From Candidatus Marinacidobacterales bacterium (GTDB lineage: Bacteria > Acidobacteriota > Vicinamibacteria > Marinacidobacterales > DATDRI01), in the NCBI GenBank assembly GCA_965219415.1, contig OZ244742.1, forward strand, positions 1,440,001 to 1,504,000: DNA of 64,000 nt, in the 5' to 3' direction. The translations under genes and the position numbers were made by a program. The notes beneath the pieces were generated by a model that saw nothing but the letters and a program-made list of their open reading frames with translations, was not told the DNA's origin and made no database searches. This document shows positions 40,680-48,394 of this stretch, piece by piece; position 1 is the stretch's first letter, and each line of letters opens with the position of its first letter.

Positions 40680-41391
40680 CCGAGTCGCCTCCTCGCGGGC
40701 CTTCCCGGAGTACGTAAATATCTTCGGCCAACGCCTCTTCGAGCGCCAGTTGCGTCTCGTCGCATTCCAAGACGAACGCGGGCGACCGCTGGTGCAGCTT
40801 CACTTTGACTCCCGGGGTGAAACCGAAAGAAGAAAGCTTATGCAGTCTGGAGTAGTTCTTAGTATTGACATAAGCCACTCGCGCCGTCTCGCCGGTGTGC
40901 ATCTGGTTGGCACTGACCACCACTGCCTCGATGCTACGCCTCGTATCTTGGCAGCATCGTCCTTCGGGAATGGGCCGACCATGAGGGCACTGGCGCGGGT
41001 GGCCGAGCAGCGTACAGATGCTTTCGGTAATGCCGGGGGCAACGAGATGCTCGAACTCGCAAGCGTTGACCTCAATCTCGGGCATCGGCATGCGCAAAAT
41101 GTCGTTCACCAAACGTTCCGCGAGTCGGTGACGTCGAATGATGGCGCGGGCCCTTTCTCGACCGGACTCGGTGAAAACCAGCGAGCCGTCCTTTCGTTCT
41201 TCGATCAACGTTCGCGTCTTGAGCTCTTCGATGAGCTCCTCGGTCAAGGCGACGTCGACGACTTGGGCCAAATCCTCCCGCCGGGTCGCGCCTCGCTCGT
41301 CTCCTGTCCAAAGCGCCTCCAGGACTTCCTCGAGCGCCCGGTGCGGTGGTTGCGGAGAGCGACTGGTCTCGGTCGAGGTTGTGTCGTTCAT
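40666..41391 (-). CDS. DtxR/MntR-like metal-binding protein with C-terminal FeoA domain
   Basis: IIRRHRLAERL, ACEFEH and CPHGRPIP motifs; FeoA-like KLSSFGFTPG...QLAL; ATGA overlap with feoB. Confidence 0.85.
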   Translation of the reverse strand: MNDTTSTETSRSPQPPHRALEEVLEALWTGDERGATRREDLAQVVDVALTEELIEELKTRTLIEERKDGSLVFTESGRERARAIIRRHRLAERLVNDILRMPMPEIEVNACEFEHLVAPGITESICTLLGHPRQCPHGRPIPEGRCCQDTRRSIEAVVVSANQMHTGETARVAYVNTKNYSRLHKLSSFGFTPGVKVKLHQRSPAFVLECDETQLALEEALAEDIYVLREGPRGGDSDDTE

Positions 41392-43421
41392 AGCGGCAAA
41401 CCGGTCCAGCGCAGAAGGAAGTTCACCCCAGTGCCCACCGCGATGGCATAAGGAATGATGAAGCCCACCATGAGCGCGGCCTTGCGAAAATCGAGTTCCT
41501 TGATCATAACCAGGAAGTTCGCAACACAAGGGACGAACAAGGTCATGGTGACCAGAGAGACGATGATCTGCGTGTCATCCATCAAACCTTGGCGGGCCAG
41601 ATCGAATAAGCCTGCCGCACCGTAGTCGCGGCGGAGGAATCCCATCACAAAGGCCTCCCCGGCCTTGGCCGGCAAACCCAATAGACCCACCACCACGGGC
41701 TCCGCGGCCCCCACGATAAACGGCAGGATCGCGAGACGGTCCAAGACAAACAACACCACGGTTCCCAGAACGAATAGCGGTACCGCCTCCCTAAGGAACC
41801 ATCGTACGCGGGACCATGTTTTTCGAGCCAGGTTTCCCCACACCGGAAGTCGCATCGGGGGTAGCTCCACCATGAAGTCCGATCGACTACCGGGTAGGAT
41901 CTTGTCGGCGATCCACCCCACCACCAGAAGCTGCGACAACAAAATGCCGAAAAGAAAAAGTAAGGCGCCGAAGGAGACCCACGCGAGCATACCCAAGACC
42001 ACGCCGAGCTGAGCAGCGCAGGGCACCGCCAGGGCGAGGAGCAACGTAGCGAGAACGCGCTCCTTACGAGTAGACAGAATTCTCGTCGCAAGGGTAGCCA
42101 TGGTGACGCAGCCGAGCCCGAGCACCATCGGTAGCACCGCTTTCCCATTCAATCCCATGAAGCGAAACATTCGATCGGCGAGCACCGAGAGCCGAGGTAG
42201 ATAGCCGCTGTCTTCGAGAAATCCGAACGCCATGAAAAAAGTCGTCACCACCGGCAACACGATGGCCACCGAGTACGTGACGCCCATCGATATCGCACCG
42301 TACGGCCCCACCAAGAGATCATGGATAAAGGGAATCGGAAGGAACCGGTCGACCAGCCAAGTGACTCCCGGTACCAAGTAGGCGCCGAAGATGGTCTCTT
42401 CGACAAAATCCACCGCCGCACCGGCCCCGAAGACTCCTACAAAGTAGTACATAAAGAGCAAGGCGCCGATGAGGATGGGAAAACCAGTCAGCGGCTCTCG
42501 ACACAAGCGGCCGAGCCGATCGGCGAAGGCGGAAACTTCCCCACCTGTCACCTTCCGTAGGGTGCCGACCGTGGAGTCGATCCATTGGCTCCGCTCTTGA
42601 ACGATCGCGGCGGCGGCAGGACGGTGGTGTCTCTGCTGATAGAGCTCTAGAGAATGATTAATGGCGCGAAGCCGCGCGTCGCCGGTGAGTACAGGGAGGG
42701 TACCTTTGACTCCCTCGTCTCGAGACCATAGCCACTCCGCGAAGAGCCCCATGGGTAGTTGGCGGTCGCCATCGCCGCCAGCCGGGACGTTGTCTTTGAG
42801 CTCGGCGATCATCGCTTCCAACTGCGGTGAGGGATTGCGTGGAACCGCGGGTCTCGCGAGCGCCCTCTCCAAATCCACGATCCCGTGTCCTTCCGTCGCC
42901 ACCGTCTCGACCACCGGGATGCCAAATAGTCCACCGAGCGCCGCGAGGTCTACTTCTATGCCACGCTTCCTCGACTCGTCCGCCATATTGAGATCCAGGA
43001 CGGTGGGAAGACCGAGCTCTACAATTTGGATCAATAAAAGGAGGGTCCGGCGAATGTTCTTTGCGTCGGCCACCACCAAGACGATATCGGGACGCTCTGC
43101 GAGCAGAATGTCCCGAGTCACGCGCTCGTCCTCGGACTGCGGGACTAGGGAGTTCACCCCGGGGGTGTCGACGACCTCATAGCGCCTACCGCCGACCTCT
43201 GCGGTACCACGGGCGAGTGCCACGGTGGTCCCGGGGTAATTGGAAACGTAGACGTATTGGCCGGTAAGGCGGTTGAAGATGACGCTCTTGCCGACATTGG
43301 GGTTTCCCACCAACGCGATCTTGGCTTTGGTTGATTGACTTCCTTCGTGACGGGCCGGCGGGGCCTTGGTGGCTAGTTCGGGAAGGGCCGTCGTGTTGAG
43401 GCCGCTAGGCTCGGGTGGCAT
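41388..43421 (-). CDS. feoB: Ferrous iron transporter FeoB
   Basis: GNPNVGKS, NYPGTTV, DTPG and NMAD motifs; membrane domain LEDSGYLPR, GLGC, VPCAAQ, FVPCVA. Confidence 0.96.
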   Translation of the reverse strand: MPPEPSGLNTTALPELATKAPPARHEGSQSTKAKIALVGNPNVGKSVIFNRLTGQYVYVSNYPGTTVALARGTAEVGGRRYEVVDTPGVNSLVPQSEDERVTRDILLAERPDIVLVVADAKNIRRTLLLLIQIVELGLPTVLDLNMADESRKRGIEVDLAALGGLFGIPVVETVATEGHGIVDLERALARPAVPRNPSPQLEAMIAELKDNVPAGGDGDRQLPMGLFAEWLWSRDEGVKGTLPVLTGDARLRAINHSLELYQQRHHRPAAAAIVQERSQWIDSTVGTLRKVTGGEVSAFADRLGRLCREPLTGFPILIGALLFMYYFVGVFGAGAAVDFVEETIFGAYLVPGVTWLVDRFLPIPFIHDLLVGPYGAISMGVTYSVAIVLPVVTTFFMAFGFLEDSGYLPRLSVLADRMFRFMGLNGKAVLPMVLGLGCVTMATLATRILSTRKERVLATLLLALAVPCAAQLGVVLGMLAWVSFGALLFLFGILLSQLLVVGWIADKILPGSRSDFMVELPPMRLPVWGNLARKTWSRVRWFLREAVPLFVLGTVVLFVLDRLAILPFIVGAAEPVVVGLLGLPAKAGEAFVMGFLRRDYGAAGLFDLARQGLMDDTQIIVSLVTMTLFVPCVANFLVMIKELDFRKAALMVGFIIPYAIAVGTGVNFLLRWTGLPL

Positions 43422-43445
43422 TTCGGCGTCCGTCCTGGGTGAAAA

Positions 43446-43502
43446 TGAAAACCGATTTCAACTTACCAGGCCAGTCTACCGGACGTCCCTGGCAAGTGTC
43501 AA
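43446..43502 (-). promoter_or_regulatory. feoB promoter with Fur-box-like operator
   Basis: Minus strand TTGACA-N18-TAGACT (43502-43473); 7-1-7 imperfect palindrome TGAAAAC-C-GATTTCA at 43446-43460. Confidence 0.65.
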
Positions 43503-43620
43503 GCTGTCATTTTAAGAATCTGCAGCGAACGCCGGGCGACACACCAACCGCCTCCGCTCTTCCTACCCAGCAGCCTTTTTTTGTTGGGGGTCCCCTTCTA
43601 GCTGGTAGCATTCTCTCCAG

Positions 43621-44784
43621 ATGTTACAAGCCGTTCTCCTCGCCGCCGGGAAGTCGACCCGTACCTATCCGCTGACCACGACCCGGCCCAAACCACTGAT
43701 TCCGGTCCTGGGCAAGCCGTTGCTCGAGCACTTGCTCGGACAGCTCCAGGGCCTAGTGGAAGAAGCGATCATCGTGGTCGGTTATCGCGCCGACGCGATT
43801 CACGTTCAGCTCGGCGATCGATTCGGCTCCCTCCCCCTTCGCTACTTGGAACAGCGGGATCAACGGGGGACCGCCGACGCTCTGCTCCAAGCGTCTCCAT
43901 TGATCGAGGACCGCTGCTTGGTCTTGAACGGGGACGATCTTTACCATCGCCACGACTTGCAGGCCTTGTCGAGACATCGGACTGCGATCCTGGTGACACC
44001 GGTACCCGATCCCCAAAACCGAGCCGTCGTGACTGTCGCTGGTGACCAAGTGGCTGACATCGTCGAAAAACCCGCTTCGGCTCCACCCAATTCTTTGGCC
44101 AGTGTCGGGGGGTATGTCATGGAACGGGAGTCTCTGGACAAGCTGCGCGAGATCCAGTTGAGCCCTCGCGGCGAGCTGGAGCTTCCCGATTTCATCAAAC
44201 TCCTGGCACGCTCGTCGGTCGTGCGTTACCACCGCATCGAGAAACTCTGGCTGCCTCTAACCTACGCGTGGGATGTCCTCAGGGTGAGCCTGTTCTTACT
44301 CGAGGACGAGGAACGGGCGGCGGAATTTGGCGTGAGCGTCGAGAGTCCAGGCCAACTAGCCAAAAGACGGGATATCCATCTGGGAACGGGCACAGTCATC
44401 CAGGGCCCGGTCATTATTGCTGCCGGTGTGACGCTGGGGAGTTTTTGTCGGGTGCAAGGCCCAACGGTTATCGCCGAAGGCTCGACGATCGGCGATCGGG
44501 TGGAACTGGAGCGATCGGTCCTTTTCCGCGCTGCCCAGGTCGCGGACTTTGCTCGCGTATCTCATTCGGTCATTGGAGAGCTAACGCGAGTGGGGTCTCA
44601 CACCGAGATACTTTCAAAAGCTCGAGCCGATCAGCCGATCGATGTCGAGCTTGGAGGGAAGATGATCCCCACCCGCCTCGACCGGCTCGGTCTCGTGGCG
44701 GGAGATCACGCAATCGTGCCTGAGGAGTGCGTAATTCCCGCCGGGAGTCTCCTAGCCTCCGGGGAAACCTGGAGCGAATCCTAG
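43621..44784 (+). CDS. GlmU-like sugar-1-phosphate nucleotidyltransferase with left-handed beta-helix
   Basis: LLAAGKSTRTYPLTTTRPKPL, GTADA, NGDDLY and IVEKP motifs plus hexapeptide repeats. Confidence 0.8.
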   Translation: MLQAVLLAAGKSTRTYPLTTTRPKPLIPVLGKPLLEHLLGQLQGLVEEAIIVVGYRADAIHVQLGDRFGSLPLRYLEQRDQRGTADALLQASPLIEDRCLVLNGDDLYHRHDLQALSRHRTAILVTPVPDPQNRAVVTVAGDQVADIVEKPASAPPNSLASVGGYVMERESLDKLREIQLSPRGELELPDFIKLLARSSVVRYHRIEKLWLPLTYAWDVLRVSLFLLEDEERAAEFGVSVESPGQLAKRRDIHLGTGTVIQGPVIIAAGVTLGSFCRVQGPTVIAEGSTIGDRVELERSVLFRAAQVADFARVSHSVIGELTRVGSHTEILSKARADQPIDVELGGKMIPTRLDRLGLVAGDHAIVPEECVIPAGSLLASGETWSES

Positions 44785-44933
44785 ACAGAGAAGCTAGCAG
44801 GGTGCTGAAGAATGCACTGCACCCTGCGCGAGCGGAGCGAGCCCGGCCCGGAGGGCCGACGACAGGTAGCCGAGCGACGAGCGAGGCGCAAGCGCGCGAA
44901 CGAGGAGTGAGCGCGCATTGAGGTACCCCGAGA

Positions 44934-45470
44934 CTACCGAACCCAACCCGGCGGCACGTTCGCGCGGCGCGCGTCTTCGCGAAGCTTCCGTCTGGCCTCG
45001 GTAGCAGCATCTAGCTCCGCTTTGGACTCCGCAACCATGCCTTGCAGCTGCTCGACGGATGTAATGACCGCCTGGTTGTTCTCATCCACGTAGACGGCCC
45101 CGGAGCTCAGGTGGAGCCTGCTAACGAGCTCGTAGCGTCTCCGCGCCTCCTTGATCCGTTCCCGCGCCTCACTGCTCCGCCTCCGCCAATCCATTTCTTG
45201 TTGCGCGCGATCCGTTTCGTTGGAAGTGCGATGCTCGGGCTCGAGTTCGGGTTCCTGCTCTCCTTGAGGAGCCGCGGTGCCTAGGACAGGCGTGGGCTCT
45301 TCTCCTTCTTCCGTAATCCCGATATCCCCAATCACCAGTGTAGGTCTTTCCCCTCGCTTCCGGTTGTCATCGCGACGTTCCTTCTCCTTGCGAGCCACGT
45401 CGCCTAGAGACTGGCCAACTGCCAGAACCGGAACGAGGAGCAGCATCAGAGCGAGTGTACCCCTCCACAT
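44934..45470 (-). CDS. Exported hypothetical coiled-coil protein
   Basis: Signal peptide, QSLGDVARKE start, C-terminal ARRANVPPGWVR. Confidence 0.65.
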   Translation of the reverse strand: MWRGTLALMLLLVPVLAVGQSLGDVARKEKERRDDNRKRGERPTLVIGDIGITEEGEEPTPVLGTAAPQGEQEPELEPEHRTSNETDRAQQEMDWRRRSSEARERIKEARRRYELVSRLHLSSGAVYVDENNQAVITSVEQLQGMVAESKAELDAATEARRKLREDARRANVPPGWVR

Positions 45471-45585
45471 ATTGGCTCCTCCGAACTATTCGGTTGTGTT
45501 GGGGCACGTTTAGAATAGCAGCCACGGGCGGATCTGTCGAACGATTCCTTGTTACCCCGTGTCCGGCGCGCTCTGGGCGCGCGGT

Positions 45586-46497
45586 TCAGGAAGACGCTGC
45601 CTCAGGTCCCGTCAATTTTGTCAGGCGTTCCAAGGCAAGAATCATCGCTTGCGTCCCCAGGGCACCATCCCCTGAGGCTTCGAGACCACGGTAGAGCTGC
45701 TCGGCCAGAGCTGTGCTGGCCAGGGGAACGTTCAAGCGACGGCCCAGCTCTTGGGCGAGAGACAGATCCTTCTGCATGAGACGTATCATGAAGGCGGGGC
45801 CAAGTTCCCGCCGGACGATCTTCGGGCCCAAATTCGTCAGCTGCCAAGACCCTCCGGCCCCACCACCCAGCACTTCGAGGAATTGTTCCAAATCGATTCC
45901 CGCTTGCCCCGCCAACAACAGAGCTTCGGAAAGAGCCATCATGTTCACGGCGCTAAGAATTTGATTGCACAACTTCAGAGACTGACCGGCGCCGCTGGGC
46001 CCAACGTGATGAACGCCCTTACCCATGGCTCGAAGAACCGGCAGGACTTTCTCGAAGGCCGCCTTTTCTCCACCCACCATGATCATAAGAGTGCCCTGCT
46101 GTGCACCGACGTCTCCGCCGGTTACCGGGGCGTCGAGCAGCTCGCAACCCTTTTCTCGAAGGATGGTGGCCATCTCCCGCTCTCGATCCGGCGAAATCGT
46201 GCTCATGTCGACGATCAGAAGCCCCGGCCGCACCGCTTCAAAAACACCCTTAGGCCCGAGCAGCGTGGCTTCCACATCTGGAGTGTCAGGGACCATGGTA
46301 ATGACGACATCGGACTCGGCGGCGACTTCGGCGGCGCTCGCGGCAACTTTCGCACCCGCATCGGCCAGTGGCTTTTCCTTCGAGCGCGTGCGGTTGTGCA
46401 CGGTGAGGGAGAACCCGGCCGCCAATAGGTTCTCCGCCATGGGACGCCCCATGATTCCGAGCCCAATAAATCCGATTCGCGGATTCCCGTCTTTCAT
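45586..46497 (-). CDS. Beta-hydroxyacid dehydrogenase (GarR/MmsB family)
   Basis: GFIGLGIMGRPMA, DMSTI, DAPVTGG and KLCNQ motifs. Confidence 0.9.
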   Translation of the reverse strand: MKDGNPRIGFIGLGIMGRPMAENLLAAGFSLTVHNRTRSKEKPLADAGAKVAASAAEVAAESDVVITMVPDTPDVEATLLGPKGVFEAVRPGLLIVDMSTISPDREREMATILREKGCELLDAPVTGGDVGAQQGTLMIMVGGEKAAFEKVLPVLRAMGKGVHHVGPSGAGQSLKLCNQILSAVNMMALSEALLLAGQAGIDLEQFLEVLGGGAGGSWQLTNLGPKIVRRELGPAFMIRLMQKDLSLAQELGRRLNVPLASTALAEQLYRGLEASGDGALGTQAMILALERLTKLTGPEAASS

Positions 46498-46533
46498 TCG
46501 CGTGCCGTCGGTCCTGACCTTCGATTCCGTGGT

Positions 46534-47991
46534 TTAGGATTCCTTCTTTGCTCGCGACCGCCTCCGCCGACCGCGTCGCTTCTTGGCCCCGCTGGGTTCT
46601 GTGGCGGCCTCATTGCTTTCTGTTGGAGGGGGTGTTGCCCTGACAGACTGGTGCGACTTGTCCGGCTCCAGCTCGTCTACATCCACCGGACCACCGAAAT
46701 CCCGGCGCATTAGATAAGCGATGAGCCGCCGATGGTCGGGATGAGCGGCAACGGCATCGGCGACGTCCTCCAAATCGAAGAACTCCGCCTCGCTCATCTC
46801 GTTCGCTTCGTCCGCAAGCCGTTGCAGGATGCGCTCTGTCTTTCGCTGCTTAATGTCTTCGTCGCTCGGCACATCGCGCTCGACCACCTGGAGTCGATAG
46901 CGGTTGACGAGACGATTGAAGCTCACCAGATCCGCTGCGGACACCAAAGAGATCACTTCTCCCGATTTTCCGATCCTGCCGGTGCGCCCGGCCCGATGGA
47001 TATAGACCTCGGGCGAGGACGGCGTCGAAAAGATGAAAACGTGCGACAGATCCTCGATATCGATACCGCGGGCTGCGACATCCGTAGCCACCAAGTGCCG
47101 GATGGTTCCAGCGCGAAATCTCGCCATGACCTGTTCACGCTTCTTTTGCACCAAATCACTCGAGATCATCGCCACCGGCAGGCCTTGGCGGGCTAGAAAG
47201 CCGGCGACGATTCGTACCTCGCCGCGCGTATTGCAGAAGATGATCGATGAGTTCGGCTGATCGTGCTCGATCAACTTGTAGAGGACCTGCTCTTTCTGCA
47301 TGTGAGGAGCAATGACGTAGGCGTGGGTGACTTCCTGGACGTAAGCGAAGTCCTCGGACAGGAGAACCCACTCCGGCTCCGCCAGGTAGTTGTAGATGAG
47401 CCCTCGAATTCCGAGCGGAATGGTGGCCGAGAAAAGAAGGGTCTGCCGCTCCTCGGGCATGAATTGCATGATCTCACCCATCTCTTGGGCGAAACCCATG
47501 TCCAACATCTTGTCCGCCTCGTCGAGCACGAGGATCTTCACGGAATCCAGCCGTAGAGTGCCTCGCTTCAAATGATCGAGTATCCGACCCGGTGTCCCGA
47601 CCACCACGTGAACCCCGGCGCGGATGGCGTCGATCTGACCCCCTATTGACTCTCCTCCGTAAACGGCGTGCGTTTTGAGCTCGCGTCCCTGGCCGATCTT
47701 GTCGAGTTCCTCTGTGACCTGGACCGCCAACTCGCGAGTCGGAGTGAGCACCAAGGCTTGCGCCCGCGTTAGTTCCGAATTCACCTTCTCGGCGACGCTG
47801 ATCCCGAAGGCCGCGGTCTTGCCGGTTCCGGTCCGAGACATCACGACTAGATCGTGGCCCGCAAGAGCACCGGGGATAGTGTCTCTTTGAACGTCGGTCG
47901 GCGAAACGTAACCCATCTCGGCCAAAGCACCGAGGGTCGGGCCGGAGATACCCAAAACGTCGAAATCGGACTGGTCGTTGGATGTTTTCAC
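46534..47991 (-). CDS. DEAD-box RNA helicase
   Basis: Q motif, SRTGTGKT, PTRELA, TPGR, DEAD, SAT, ARGID and HRAGRTGR motifs; basic tail. Confidence 0.96.
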   Translation of the reverse strand: MKTSNDQSDFDVLGISGPTLGALAEMGYVSPTDVQRDTIPGALAGHDLVVMSRTGTGKTAAFGISVAEKVNSELTRAQALVLTPTRELAVQVTEELDKIGQGRELKTHAVYGGESIGGQIDAIRAGVHVVVGTPGRILDHLKRGTLRLDSVKILVLDEADKMLDMGFAQEMGEIMQFMPEERQTLLFSATIPLGIRGLIYNYLAEPEWVLLSEDFAYVQEVTHAYVIAPHMQKEQVLYKLIEHDQPNSSIIFCNTRGEVRIVAGFLARQGLPVAMISSDLVQKKREQVMARFRAGTIRHLVATDVAARGIDIEDLSHVFIFSTPSSPEVYIHRAGRTGRIGKSGEVISLVSAADLVSFNRLVNRYRLQVVERDVPSDEDIKQRKTERILQRLADEANEMSEAEFFDLEDVADAVAAHPDHRRLIAYLMRRDFGGPVDVDELEPDKSHQSVRATPPPTESNEAATEPSGAKKRRGRRRRSRAKKES

Positions 47992-48008
47992 TCTGCTCTA
48001 GTCTTTCT

Positions 48009-48104
48009 TAGCCTGACCTTCGGTCAGGCGCCATAGCCTGACTTTTGCGTCAAGTGGCGTAGCCGGACTTTGCGTCAGGGACACAGCCTGGTCTTCCGCC
48101 GGCA
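48009..48104. repeat. Four degenerate ~25-bp tandem hairpin units
   Basis: Units at 48009, 48034, 48060 and 48084 with consensus TAGCCTGAC-N4/5-(C/G)GTCAGG. Confidence 0.7.
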
Positions 48105-48221
48105 CTGCGTTCACCTGCTGAGACGGAAACGTATCATACGGGCGACGCCTTCCGAATTACAACGGGGACCTGGCGTTCGGCCGGCGTGAGACTCAACCGG
48201 GTGAGGGTAATGAATGCTGGC

Positions 48222-48380
48222 TTCCTTCCCTTACTCCCTCTCCCTTCCGCCTACGCTAAGAGCTTCGGCGGACCCGCCGAAGTCCTTGGAACACCGGGGA
48301 CGAAGGCGGGCAGGGGATTGTGGGCGTCAAGACGTGTGGTGGCGTTATCAATGGCGTCAGACGGCGGGTGAGGGTGGTCA
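48222..48380. repeat. REP-like element copy 2 with a nested second palindromic element
   Basis: Shares flank and core with 6834-6928; extra CCGCCTACGCTAAGAGCTTCGGCGG...CCGCCGAAG...GAAGGCGG insert at ~48245-48309. Confidence 0.65.
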
Positions 48381-48394
48381 TCTCTGGGAGGACG

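Noticed and set aside
39111-40808. 565-aa plus-strand ORF
   Set aside because: Antisense shadow of the porin, fur and DtxR-like genes, with no recognisable motifs; typical of GC-rich codon bias
48009-48104. Possible mini-CRISPR array
   Set aside because: Degenerate ~25-bp units with no spacers between them, and no cas genes in the window
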